IMG/VR virus record: IMGVR_UViG_3300025121_000776
Coordinates: 1-64,000 of that record
Length of the DNA stretch: 64,000 bases
Origin: a virus
Reading direction: 5' to 3' (one strand)
Shown here: positions 1 through 9,903 of the stretch, piece by piece
How the letters are laid out: each line of letters starts with the position of its first letter
How positions within the stretch are numbered: the first letter of the stretch is position 1
Notes under the pieces: generated by a model
What the model was told of the DNA's origin: nothing
What the model saw: the letters and a program-made list of their open reading frames with translations, nothing else
Databases searched by the model: none
Made by a program: the position numbers and the translations under genes

Positions 1-158
1 AGCATATTCAAACATAAACGGAGAAAAATTCAATTTTTCAACAAAATATTTAAATGATAGATATTTGATTAATAGTATAATAGACTATAATTTAGTAGAT
101 TTTTCAAATATTTTCGGATGCCATCAAGAATTAGAATTTAAATTTAAAAAAATATAAT

Positions 159-956
159 ATGAAATTTGTTTCCAACCATTATGTTGCACCAGCCCCATCG
201 TCAATAGAATACGATATACATCCTTTTAAAATTATAGTTCCATTTTATAATGCGGCCAATTTCTTAGAACAGTGTATTAACTCAGCTATTACACAAAAAT
301 ATCCAAACTACAAAGTTATTTTTATTGATGATGCATCTACAGATAACTCCTGGGATTTATTACCACACAGCAATGAAATAACTATTTGCATAAAGAATGA
401 GAAGAATGTAACCGCACTTCCAAATATTCACAAGGCAATAATGGAATATTGTGAACCAAATGACATTGTAGTTTTGCTTGATGGGGATGATTGGTTGCCA
501 AACAAAAATGTACTTAAAATTTTAAATGAAAATTATTGTAGAAATGATTGTTGGATAACTTATGGACAAGCTTCATGGACAGATGGAAGAAGGGGTTTCG
601 CTTCAGAATATTCTCAAATAGAATTTGATAATCTAAGAAAAGCGAACTTTAGAATTTCTCACATAAGAACATTTAAAGCAGGATTATATCAGAAAATAAA
701 AGAACAAGACTCAGATTTTTCTTGTTTAAAAGATAAAAATGGTGATTTTTATAGAATGACATATGATGTGGCGATAATGTGGCCAATAATGGAAATGGCT
801 GGGCTTAGTAGAGTTAAATTCATTGATGAAATATTATACATCTACAATCGAAACAATCCCATTAGTGATGATAAAATGAATCAACAATTGCAATGGGATA
901 TTCATAAAGAAATTTCTCTAAAACAATCATTTAAAAAAATAGAAAATTATGTTTGA
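159..956 (+). CDS. Glycosyltransferase family 2 (GT-A)
   Basis: IIVPFYNA...IDDASTDNS and LDGDDWL motifs; paralog of 1817..2563. Confidence 0.85.
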   Translation: MKFVSNHYVAPAPSSIEYDIHPFKIIVPFYNAANFLEQCINSAITQKYPNYKVIFIDDASTDNSWDLLPHSNEITICIKNEKNVTALPNIHKAIMEYCEPNDIVVLLDGDDWLPNKNVLKILNENYCRNDCWITYGQASWTDGRRGFASEYSQIEFDNLRKANFRISHIRTFKAGLYQKIKEQDSDFSCLKDKNGDFYRMTYDVAIMWPIMEMAGLSRVKFIDEILYIYNRNNPISDDKMNQQLQWDIHKEISLKQSFKKIENYV

Positions 957-1815
957 TTATAAAAAAATAGCAGAAGATAATATAGTTATCATTAAGAATC
1001 CAGAAGAAATATGTGATATTAATTTTTTGATTCCAGTTCGTGGAAGAAGAGAATTTGCAAAACCAATGTATAATAGTTTTTTAAAAGCAAAAGAAAAGTC
1101 AAAACTTAATATTGTATACACAGTAATAGAACATTCTTATATTGCAGAACATGCAAAATTTTGTAAAGATAATAAAATTAACTATATTTGGATTAAATGT
1201 GAAGAAAGTGAACTGTTTAACAAATGCCTATCTTACAATATGGGAGCTTTATATTCAAATATATCTAAATATTTCATTTTTCACGATGTAGATTGCCTTA
1301 TACAATCGGACTTTTTTAACAAAGTAGAATCAAACATTTATAACAATAAATGTAAGGCACTACAATGTTTTCAACAAAGACGTGTCTTGTATTGTGACAT
1401 TGATTTAACAAATGAAATTATTCAAGAAAAAATAAACATAGATGATTTAAGTCTAGGATTTAAAGGAGTAGATTTGCCTAGATTAGGAGGTAAGGTGATG
1501 CTTGGAGCTCCAGGGGGGTCTATAATGGTAGAAAGAGGTTTGTTTTTTGACGTAGGTGGTTATGATGCAGATTTATTTTTAGCTAATTCTCCAGAAGATT
1601 CATATTTTTGGGAAAAAATTGACACTTGGGATAAAATGCATGTAGCCGAAAGTCCCCCAATAGATATTTTTCATATGTATCATCCTCCAACTTATTTCAG
1701 TAATCCATTTATTAATGAAATGAAAGCTATATATGAAGAATTTAAAAATAAATCATCTTTCGAAAAGATAAAACAAATAATAGTGAAAAGCGAACACATA
1801 AAAAAATTCTTATAA
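949..1815 (+). CDS. Putative glycosyltransferase (GT2/GT7 C-terminal-like)
   Basis: LIPVRGR start, FHDVD DxD-like motif, GGS...GGYD...PED and HMYH C-terminal motifs. Confidence 0.65.
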   Translation: MFDYKKIAEDNIVIIKNPEEICDINFLIPVRGRREFAKPMYNSFLKAKEKSKLNIVYTVIEHSYIAEHAKFCKDNKINYIWIKCEESELFNKCLSYNMGALYSNISKYFIFHDVDCLIQSDFFNKVESNIYNNKCKALQCFQQRRVLYCDIDLTNEIIQEKINIDDLSLGFKGVDLPRLGGKVMLGAPGGSIMVERGLFFDVGGYDADLFLANSPEDSYFWEKIDTWDKMHVAESPPIDIFHMYHPPTYFSNPFINEMKAIYEEFKNKSSFEKIKQIIVKSEHIKKFL

Positions 1816-1816
1816 A

Positions 1817-2563
1817 ATGGAAGAAAATCATTTTACGATAATTATAGACGCATGTAATCATGAAAAGTGGATTGAGCAATGTTTAAACACAGCCTTAAAT
1901 CAAAAATATAAAAACTATGAAGTAATTCTCGTTGATGCAAAATCTACAGACAAAACTTTTGAAATAGCAAAAAGATATTCTGAAGAATATTCAAGTTTAA
2001 AAATATTTCAAAATGAAACTCGTGTACCACAAATAGCAAACATGTTATGGTTAACAAAGCTTTCGAAACCAAATACAATTTGTGTTAGTTTAGATGGAGA
2101 CGATTATTTAAATGGAGGTAAGGTATTAAATAAACTTAACAATATTTATAATTCTGGAGATGTTTGGATGACTTACGGAACGTATTGTGAATTTCCATAT
2201 AGAAGTGTTTCTCATATTTACCATGCATATCCAGATAGTGTGATTGCAAGCAATGGATTTAGGGAACACCAATGGCTTGGGTCACACCTAAGAACATATC
2301 GAAGAGAACTTTTCCTTTTAATAGATGAAAAAGACTTCAAATTTAGCGATGGGCGTTGGTTAGATACAGCTGGCGATTTAGCTTTCCAATTTCCAATGCT
2401 TGAAATGTCTGCAGAAAAATCTAGATATATTTCAGAAATTTTATATATTTATAATGTGGCAAATCAAAATAGTGATGGAAATACAAACGCTCCAAGACAA
2501 AGAGAGGTAGAGGCTGTAGTACGAGCAAAAGTAAAATACCAAAGAATCGAAAAAATATATTAG
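1817..2563 (+). CDS. Glycosyltransferase family 2 (GT-A)
   Basis: VILVDAKSTD, LDGDDYL, HLRT motifs; colinear with 159..956. Confidence 0.85.
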   Translation: MEENHFTIIIDACNHEKWIEQCLNTALNQKYKNYEVILVDAKSTDKTFEIAKRYSEEYSSLKIFQNETRVPQIANMLWLTKLSKPNTICVSLDGDDYLNGGKVLNKLNNIYNSGDVWMTYGTYCEFPYRSVSHIYHAYPDSVIASNGFREHQWLGSHLRTYRRELFLLIDEKDFKFSDGRWLDTAGDLAFQFPMLEMSAEKSRYISEILYIYNVANQNSDGNTNAPRQREVEAVVRAKVKYQRIEKIY

Positions 2564-2566
2564 AAT

Positions 2567-3283
2567 ATGATAGTTGGAAACGGAATGTTGGCAAATGCAT
2601 TTAATCAATATATAAATGATGACAAAATCATTATATTCGCATCTGGAGTGTCTAATTCAAAAGAGCAGAATGATAAAGAGTTTGAAAGGGAATTTGAGCT
2701 GCTAAAATCTTTTTCTGTAACACATAAAAAACTGGTATACTTTAGTACATGTAGTATATTTGATGAAAGTCTTTTAGCTTCTAAATACATAAAACATAAA
2801 ATAAAAACAGAGACATTTATAGAAAAGAGCTTCAAAAATTATTTAATCTTAAGATTGCCAAATGTTGTTGGTAAAACAAATAATGCAAACACCTCTTTTA
2901 ATTATTTTAAAAACAAAATTTTGAAAGGGGAACGTTTGGAATTGCAAGAAAACGCCACACGGTATTTCATAGACATTGATGATTTAGCTGCTATTTTACC
3001 TTATATTATTTCTGACGAAAAAGAATTCAATAAAAGTATAAATATTTGTTTTAACAATAAAATTAATGTTATAAATTTAGTCTTATTGCTTGAAAGTTTT
3101 CTTGAAACAAGAATAGATAAGTCCCCAATTGAAGGCGGAAAAGATTACAATGTAGATAATTTATATTTTATGAACATTGTAGGTGATAAAAAAATTAAAA
3201 TAAACAAAGAATATAATAATAACTTAATAAAAAAATATCTAAAAACTAATTATGGGAACAATTATTTACACAGAAATATATAA
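2567..3283 (+). CDS. NAD-dependent epimerase/dehydratase-like (short SDR)
   Basis: IVGNGMLA Rossmann-like start, FASGVSNS, YFSTCS, YxxxK (YIKHK), ILRLPNVVG. Confidence 0.6.
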   Translation: MIVGNGMLANAFNQYINDDKIIIFASGVSNSKEQNDKEFEREFELLKSFSVTHKKLVYFSTCSIFDESLLASKYIKHKIKTETFIEKSFKNYLILRLPNVVGKTNNANTSFNYFKNKILKGERLELQENATRYFIDIDDLAAILPYIISDEKEFNKSINICFNNKINVINLVLLLESFLETRIDKSPIEGGKDYNVDNLYFMNIVGDKKIKINKEYNNNLIKKYLKTNYGNNYLHRNI

Positions 3284-4136
3284 TTGCGGTCTTATTGGCA
3301 AAAAATGTCTTGAAAGTTTTTTTAAATATCACCCAGATATTAAAATCTATGTTGCTGGAACATGTAAAGATTTTAAAGAATTGGGAAAATTTAAAAACAT
3401 AGAATACATAGATTTTACAGGCGATATTAATCTTTTAAATATGTACAAAAACGCAGGTCATTTGGGGACTGCATATATATTTTCAAAAGTTTTAAAAAAC
3501 GAATACGGAGATTATAATAAAATAATACATTTTGATAGTGATGTTATATTTCGTGCAGAATGTTTAAGTTATATATTAGATAAGTTTAGTGAAGGTTACG
3601 ATTTAATAGGACCACGAAGATTGTATGAAAAAAATGAAGCAAATAAAAGCGGACAATATGATGGAATATCCGATGTTGTTGGCACATATTTTTTTGGATA
3701 TAACAATAAAAAAATAACAAACTTTGACTTTAACACAATACATCAAATGGTTGTTGGATATCATAATCCTATTGGATTTCCCGCTATTGATTTTTTTGAC
3801 CCCATATCATTTGATATTTTAAAAAATGGTGGAAAAATATATCATCTGGATTATGAAAAATTTGGGTCTCCAAATGAAAACGCAAACTGGCACAACAAAT
3901 ATGGAGAATTAAATAAAATTATGGATTTTGGAGATAACATAATCCATTTTGCAGGCGTTGGGTCGGGTCAAAATTTTACAAAAAACGGAAATGGTAATGT
4001 TCCATATACATATAGTGAATGGGCAAAGGAAAGATATTCGTTGTATATGAAGCTACTTTATAATGAAGAAATTGGAATTGGGTATAACAAAAATGTGTAT
4101 AAAACTATAAAAGAAGCGCTAAAGGATTTATTATAA
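3252..4136 (+). CDS. Putative GT-A fold glycosyltransferase
   Basis: IIHFDSDVIF DxD motif, late IIHFAGVGS motif; island context. Confidence 0.45.
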   Translation: MGTIIYTEIYNCGLIGKKCLESFFKYHPDIKIYVAGTCKDFKELGKFKNIEYIDFTGDINLLNMYKNAGHLGTAYIFSKVLKNEYGDYNKIIHFDSDVIFRAECLSYILDKFSEGYDLIGPRRLYEKNEANKSGQYDGISDVVGTYFFGYNNKKITNFDFNTIHQMVVGYHNPIGFPAIDFFDPISFDILKNGGKIYHLDYEKFGSPNENANWHNKYGELNKIMDFGDNIIHFAGVGSGQNFTKNGNGNVPYTYSEWAKERYSLYMKLLYNEEIGIGYNKNVYKTIKEALKDLL

Positions 4137-4181
4137 ATTTTCTTAATAAATATATTAATAAAATCAAACACAGCCAACAGC

Positions 4182-4982
4182 ATGAAAACCATTAAAGTAT
4201 ATTGTAGTTTTGGTTGGACTTTTGATTTTGAGCATGAAAAACAAATTGAATTATTTGTGGACATGTATCAGTGCCAATTGGCAAGTAATGATGCTGTAAA
4301 AGTTTTACTTCTTATAGAATCATCCGCAATAATTAAAAACATCATTGAGTCAGCAATTCAAAATCATCATTTATTTGATTATATACTAACTTTTGATGAA
4401 GATGTCTTGAAAAGTTGCAAAAACGCTTATCTTTTTGAGTATGGTACAACATTTCTAAAAGACCCATTTGAATTCACGGAAAAAAAATTTAGTGTATCTA
4501 CAGTAGTTGGTGGAAAGAATGAAACAACAGGACACCTTATGAGGCATAAGTTATGGGAAAGACAAGAACAAATAAAAATTCCTAAAGATTTTTTTTTAAG
4601 CGGAACTTTCCCTGGAGAAATTAAACACGCAAGAAACACACAAACGCTGGGAGTTGAAAAAAACATTTTATTTGACAGCCAATTCCACATAGCAATAGAA
4701 AATATAAAAAGAGATTATTATTTTACAGAAAAGCTTATCGATTGTTTAAAAACAAAAACAATTCCAATATATTATGGAAGCAAGGAAATTGGAAACTACT
4801 TTAATAAGGAAGGAATGTATATTGTCAATAGTGTTGATGAAATAATTGATGTATGTAATAATTTAACGGAAAACACATATAATGAAAAAATTAAATTTAT
4901 TGAAGAAAATTTTGAGAAAAGCAAAAGATTCTGGGACTATAAAGAAGCTATAAAAAACAAACTAAAAGAATTAATTAAATAA
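4182..4982 (+). CDS. GT10-like (fucosyltransferase-like) glycosyltransferase
   Basis: FHIAIEN...YFTEKLIDC...TIPIYYG motif typical of the GT10 C-terminal domain. Confidence 0.7.
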   Translation: MKTIKVYCSFGWTFDFEHEKQIELFVDMYQCQLASNDAVKVLLLIESSAIIKNIIESAIQNHHLFDYILTFDEDVLKSCKNAYLFEYGTTFLKDPFEFTEKKFSVSTVVGGKNETTGHLMRHKLWERQEQIKIPKDFFLSGTFPGEIKHARNTQTLGVEKNILFDSQFHIAIENIKRDYYFTEKLIDCLKTKTIPIYYGSKEIGNYFNKEGMYIVNSVDEIIDVCNNLTENTYNEKIKFIEENFEKSKRFWDYKEAIKNKLKELIK

Positions 4983-4985
4983 AAC

Positions 4986-5900
4986 ATGAAAAAATACAAA
5001 GTAATATGTTTTATAAATTCAGCAGGAATAAATGTTATTTTAAAAAACATAGAAGACACGATGAATTCAATAAAAAATAACATTAATGTTGAGTTTGGGT
5101 TTTATATATGTACAGATACAGAAGATAGAAAAAAAACAATAGACAACATAGTAAAAAAAAACAATCTTAGTAATGTCGTTATTGAGATTGTAGTTAAAAC
5201 CAAAAGTTGGGCTAAAAACTTTAATGAGTTTTTTATAAAATACAAAGATGACGCCGATTATATTTTATGCTCTCATGATGATTTAATTATAAGAACTTTT
5301 GATTTTTTCAATATTACAATGAATGAAATTAGTGGCCATGAAGATGAAATAGGATGGATTGCTTATACATCTGATTCATATTACAGAATATCAAACATAT
5401 CTGTTTGTCAAACCGCTAGAGAAATGTTTTGCAAAGATAGATTTACTTGGCCAAAAACATACGAATTACATAAAATGGAAACTTCTTATAATAAAGATTA
5501 TTTAGATATGCCCCAAAGAACATGTAAAGTTGCTGGGTTTTTCTTGCACTTAAATTTAATAAAAACAGAAAATTTAGAAAAAATAGGATTGTGTCCAGAA
5601 TGGGGAAATTATACATTATTAACAGATGAACATTGGTCTCTTGCAACTTTGGTAAAAAATATGTGGACAGTTTGGGTTCCTCAAGTTTTTTATGACCACC
5701 CCATTAGAGGAAATGAAAGAGTCTTTGTTGGTATACAAAATCAAGCACAAACAGAATCTCAATTTTATAATTTATGGGGATTTGATTATCAATCACCATT
5801 ATCCGATGAAAAAATAAAAGAAGTATGTAACAAGTTTCAAAACACAAACATTGGGTTTTTTAACGATAAAAATACCTATAACTATCAATATTTAAAATAA
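4986..5900 (+). CDS. Putative GT-A fold glycosyltransferase
   Basis: YILCSHDDLII acidic motif, late D-E-H and DHP motifs; island context. Confidence 0.45.
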   Translation: MKKYKVICFINSAGINVILKNIEDTMNSIKNNINVEFGFYICTDTEDRKKTIDNIVKKNNLSNVVIEIVVKTKSWAKNFNEFFIKYKDDADYILCSHDDLIIRTFDFFNITMNEISGHEDEIGWIAYTSDSYYRISNISVCQTAREMFCKDRFTWPKTYELHKMETSYNKDYLDMPQRTCKVAGFFLHLNLIKTENLEKIGLCPEWGNYTLLTDEHWSLATLVKNMWTVWVPQVFYDHPIRGNERVFVGIQNQAQTESQFYNLWGFDYQSPLSDEKIKEVCNKFQNTNIGFFNDKNTYNYQYLK

Positions 5901-5914
5901 TAAACTTTAAAATT

Positions 5915-6652
5915 ATGAAATTACAATTAGAAAATATCATAGATAAACATATTGGACAAAAATGTATTGTGGCAGCACAAGGACCAAGTCTTAATCAATA
6001 CTTAGATAAATTAAGTTCTTTAAAAGATGTGGGGTATACACTTATTTCATGTAACTCATGGCAAGAATTTCACCCAAGTTGTTCTCCTCATTATTGTGTT
6101 TTGGCCAACAATGTAGAAACATGTAAAAGCAAGCTTGATTTGGTTAATCATCATAACATAACGTTAATTTATGCAGATACTGTTGATTTAGTAGACCAAG
6201 ATTGGTTAGAAAAAAATTTAAAAGTTGACTTTTTACCATACGACCAAAGACATTTTGATGGGAAAGAATGTGTTGATTGCAGAACAAGAGCGGGGTGTGA
6301 AAAATATTTTGACCCAAAACGCTTAACAATACAAGAGCAATTACAAAAATATACTGGATTTGATAAACATTATGATTGCGGTAGCACAGTCGCACTACAT
6401 ATGGTAGCAGTTGCCATTTTAATGGGGTTTTCAGATATTTATCTCACGGGGTTAGATTTTAATTACCGTATTGGATATGCATCAAATCTAAGTAATATTC
6501 CAGTCTCAGATTTAAATCATTTTGATATTTATGGTAAAGGAATTTTAGAAGATATGGAAATTATTGCCAAATCAGCTGAAAAAAAAGGTGTTAAAATATA
6601 TAATTTAAATAAAAATTCACACTGGAAAATTTTTAATTATATTGAAATTTAA
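5915..6652 (+). CDS. DUF115 / Maf-like (MptE-like fold) protein, candidate ulosonate transferase
   Basis: IVAAQGPSLN, ISCN, STVALHMVAVAILMGFSDIYLTGLDF, IYNLN motifs. Confidence 0.7.
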   Translation: MKLQLENIIDKHIGQKCIVAAQGPSLNQYLDKLSSLKDVGYTLISCNSWQEFHPSCSPHYCVLANNVETCKSKLDLVNHHNITLIYADTVDLVDQDWLEKNLKVDFLPYDQRHFDGKECVDCRTRAGCEKYFDPKRLTIQEQLQKYTGFDKHYDCGSTVALHMVAVAILMGFSDIYLTGLDFNYRIGYASNLSNIPVSDLNHFDIYGKGILEDMEIIAKSAEKKGVKIYNLNKNSHWKIFNYIEI

Positions 6653-6653
6653 T

Positions 6654-6684
6654 TTTGAAATTATGTAAATATTTCATATTATTG
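6654..6684 (+). promoter_or_regulatory. Near-consensus Bacteroidota primary-sigma promoter (-33/-7)
   Basis: TTTG 6654-6657, 19-nt spacer, TATTATTG 6677-6684 (1 mismatch to TAnnTTTG), ahead of the 6716 operon. Confidence 0.4.
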
Positions 6685-6715
6685 CAACAGCAAATCTTAA
6701 AAACAAGTTTTACAT

Positions 6716-7510
6716 ATGAAAAAGCATATAAATTTAATTGCATATGACAATTATGAAACAATTGACTCCAAAGAGGCTATTGAAAAATATAGAAAAGAAA
6801 AGATAAATGGGGTGAAAGGGTCAATTGAGTTTATACAAAACATTTTTTTAAAAAAACAAATTGACAAACTAAATGTTTTAGAAATTGGTTCTGGAAACTC
6901 AAAAGTACTATACGCATTAGAAGAACATGCTATATTAAATAGTGGAATAGGTATAGAGGTCAGCAAAAGCAGATTCGAATTTGCAGAAAAGTGGAAGCGT
7001 GACATGAATTTTAATAAAACTACTAATATAAATAAAAATATTTTTGATATAAATTTTGAAAAAATTAAAAATATTGATTTATGTATAGGATTTGATTTAG
7101 TTTTTCAATTTTTTCTTCCAATGGGCGAAAATTTTGATTATAACATTTTAAAAAAAATTTATAATTCATTAAAAACTGATGGGGTTTTAATTCTAGAATT
7201 ATCAAATTTAACTCAAATGAAAAATAAAAAAACATGGGACGAATTTTATGAGCCAGACCCATGGAGATTTTCTTTGTGGAACTGTCAATATGATGAAGAA
7301 AAGGAGTTTTTACAGTGGGACAAATATTTTATTCACAGAACCGAAGCAAAAATAGATAAAACATCAATTGTATTAAAGCAATATTCAAAAAAACAAATAG
7401 AAACACTTCTTAAATCTGTTGGATTTAAAAACATAAGTTTCTGTGGAAATTTAAATGATGACAAGTATGTTGGAAAAGAATTTGAGTTTGTAGTAATGGG
7501 AGAAAAATAA
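6716..7510 (+). CDS. Class I SAM-dependent methyltransferase
   Basis: VLEIGSGNS motif I, GIEVS, LKTDGVLILE. Confidence 0.8.
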   Translation: MKKHINLIAYDNYETIDSKEAIEKYRKEKINGVKGSIEFIQNIFLKKQIDKLNVLEIGSGNSKVLYALEEHAILNSGIGIEVSKSRFEFAEKWKRDMNFNKTTNINKNIFDINFEKIKNIDLCIGFDLVFQFFLPMGENFDYNILKKIYNSLKTDGVLILELSNLTQMKNKKTWDEFYEPDPWRFSLWNCQYDEEKEFLQWDKYFIHRTEAKIDKTSIVLKQYSKKQIETLLKSVGFKNISFCGNLNDDKYVGKEFEFVVMGEK

Positions 7511-8178
7511 TGGTTACTTTAATTTTAGCAAGAGGTGGCAGCAAAAGAGTGCCAAATAAAAACATTTTAAAAATAGGAAAATACCCATTAATAGCATTTC
7601 CAATAATGGCTGCTATAAAACTTGGGCATGACGTCTACGTTTCAACAGACAGTATTAAAATTAGAAATGTTGCAAAAAAATATGGAGCAAAAGTGATTGA
7701 TAGACCACCTCACCTATCAACTAGCTCTTCTTTGGACATAGACGCCTTTAGGCACTTTGTGTCAGAAACAGGAATAATAGAGGATATTTTACATCTTAGA
7801 GCCACAACTCCTCTTGTAAATAATGATGAATTAGAAAAAATTATTTCTTTTTTTCAAAAAAACAAGGATGTTTGCACTTCTTTAAGAACTGCACACGAAT
7901 CATCTGAAACGGCTTATAAGTTTTTTAAAAAAAATGGAATTTATTGGAATGGATTATTTAATAAAAGTGGAGAATATTACAATAAACCAGGTCAAGAATT
8001 GCCAAAAACATTTGTCCCAAATGGATATGCCGATATTGTAAGACCGTTATATTTTATGAAAAACGAAAATTTACATGGCAACAAAATACTTTCTTACATT
8101 ACTGAGTTTGCTCCAGAAGTAGATATTATAAGAGATTTTGAATATTTAAAATTCTATTACAAAAAATATTATGTATAA
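7510..8178 (+). CDS. neuA: Acylneuraminate/ulosonate cytidylyltransferase (NeuA/PseF family)
   Basis: ILARGGSKRVPNKN, VSTDS, RP..L, LRATTPL, NGYADI, EVD...DFE motifs. Confidence 0.85.
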   Translation: MVTLILARGGSKRVPNKNILKIGKYPLIAFPIMAAIKLGHDVYVSTDSIKIRNVAKKYGAKVIDRPPHLSTSSSLDIDAFRHFVSETGIIEDILHLRATTPLVNNDELEKIISFFQKNKDVCTSLRTAHESSETAYKFFKKNGIYWNGLFNKSGEYYNKPGQELPKTFVPNGYADIVRPLYFMKNENLHGNKILSYITEFAPEVDIIRDFEYLKFYYKKYYV

Positions 8179-9499
8179 ATTCACAGAAAAGCCTTTTAAA
8201 ACACAAAGGATAAATACAAAAAACAGAACTATTGTTACTGACATCCCAGCTCAAGATACCATTGATATAATTGAAAAATGTAAACAATTTGAGCCATCAT
8301 CTATGAACAATCAATTGCCAATAGTTTGGGACAGAGCTAAGGATTATCAAATTTTTGATAATTCTGGAAACGTTTGGATTGATTTCACTTCGGGAATTTT
8401 TGTAACAAACGTTGGACATTCGCATCCGAAAGTAAAAGAGGCGATAATAAAAACGGTTGAAAAAGATTTGTTAAACGCATATTATTATCCGACAAAAGAA
8501 CGTGCTGAATTTGGAGAGTTGCTTATAAAAAAAACTGGATTTGAAAAAGTTTTCTTTTTATCTACTGGGTCAGAAGCAGTAGAAGCAGCCATAAAGATGT
8601 CAATTAAATATACAAAAAAGAAAAGAGTTTTATCATTTACGCAATCATTTCATGGCAAAACAATGGGAGCTCAATTGGTTGGAGGAAAGCAAAAAGAAAA
8701 AGAGTGGATTCCAACAAATTCTTATGTAACTCATATTTCATTCCCTTATCCATGGATTTTAGAAGAAAAAAAAATGACTGGTAAAGAGTTTTTTACCCAA
8801 ACATTTGAGAATATAAACCCAAAAGAATTTTCAGCTGTCATAACAGAACCATATCAAGGGTGGTGTGCAGCTTTCCTTCCTAAAGATTATGCCCAAGAAT
8901 TAAGAAAATGGTGTACAAAAAATGAGGTATTGCTTATCGTAGATGAAGTCCAATCTGGGTTTGGAAGAACGGGTAAATTGTTTGCCTATGAACATTTTGA
9001 AATAAAACCAGACATAATAACCTGTGGAAAAGGAATATCTTCAAGTTTGCCAGTTTCAGCAGTTCTTACAAGTTTTGATATTGCAGAGGTTTGTGATTCT
9101 TTGAATAGTACTCATGGTGGAAATCCAATTGGAATTGCAGCTTCCCATGCATCTTTGATGGTTTTATTTGAAGAAAACTTAATCGTTAAATCTAAAACAA
9201 AAGGAGAACTTTTAAATAAGCTTCTTTTGCAATGGAAAAAAGAAATGCCAAATAATGTGACAAAAGTATATTGCAAAGGTTTATTGGCCAGTGTTTTTAT
9301 AGAATCAGAACTTGGTGAAAATGATGTTTTTGTAGATAAGCTAATTGAGGTAGCCATGAGAAAAGGTCTTATGTCTGTAAGAACATGCAGCGGAACATTA
9401 AAAATAGGTCCTCCATTATCTATTCCAGAAGATGCATTAATTGAAGGTGTTGAAATTTTAAAAGAAAGCTTAAAAGAATGTTTAGACATGTTGGTATAG
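8171..9499 (+). CDS. PLP-dependent aminotransferase class III
   Basis: IDFTSGIFVTNVGHSHP, STGSEAVEAA, SFHGKT, DEVQSGFGRTG, GKGIS, STHGGNP. Confidence 0.9.
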   Translation: MYKFTEKPFKTQRINTKNRTIVTDIPAQDTIDIIEKCKQFEPSSMNNQLPIVWDRAKDYQIFDNSGNVWIDFTSGIFVTNVGHSHPKVKEAIIKTVEKDLLNAYYYPTKERAEFGELLIKKTGFEKVFFLSTGSEAVEAAIKMSIKYTKKKRVLSFTQSFHGKTMGAQLVGGKQKEKEWIPTNSYVTHISFPYPWILEEKKMTGKEFFTQTFENINPKEFSAVITEPYQGWCAAFLPKDYAQELRKWCTKNEVLLIVDEVQSGFGRTGKLFAYEHFEIKPDIITCGKGISSSLPVSAVLTSFDIAEVCDSLNSTHGGNPIGIAASHASLMVLFEENLIVKSKTKGELLNKLLLQWKKEMPNNVTKVYCKGLLASVFIESELGENDVFVDKLIEVAMRKGLMSVRTCSGTLKIGPPLSIPEDALIEGVEILKESLKECLDMLV

Positions 9500-9903
9500 T
9501 GGTAAAAGATTTAGAAAAACAATTAATGTTTTATAAAGACTTTTTAGGTTTAGAAATTTATTATGACGAAATTGAGAGCGGCGAATTCTTATCTTTTATA
9601 TTAAATAGTCCTAATTCTAAAGCTAGAATAATAAAATTGGGAAAAAACAAAGAGACAATTGTAGAATTATTAAAATTCTCAAATGTACATTTCCTTAATT
9701 TTTCTAAGAAAACATTATGCAAACAAAATAATATTACCCATTTTGCTTTAACAGTTGGCGGCTTAGATGAGTTGTTTTTGGAATTGTCAGAAAAAAAAGT
9801 TGTCTTTGTAAGTAAGCCAAAAATATCTATTGATGGGAAATGTAAAGTTTGTTTTTGTCGAGATTTTGAAGGTAATTTTATAGAGTTAGTTGAAAAATTA
9901 TGA
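9478..9903 (+). CDS. VOC (glyoxalase/epimerase) family protein
   Basis: RHVGIVVKDLEK..FY...LG, HFAL, FCRDFEGNFIEL; TTG start overlapping the previous stop. Confidence 0.85.
   Translation: MFRHVGIVVKDLEKQLMFYKDFLGLEIYYDEIESGEFLSFILNSPNSKARIIKLGKNKETIVELLKFSNVHFLNFSKKTLCKQNNITHFALTVGGLDELFLELSEKKVVFVSKPKISIDGKCKVCFCRDFEGNFIELVEKL

Noticed and set aside
1817-3283. GT2 and SDR genes are in frame, separated by TAG plus one codon; possible amber recoding or readthrough
   Set aside because: Standard-code ORFs tile the window densely, and another TAG stop (33481-33483) ends a gene at a sensible place. The second gene has its own ATG, so the in-frame arrangement is probably coincidental.
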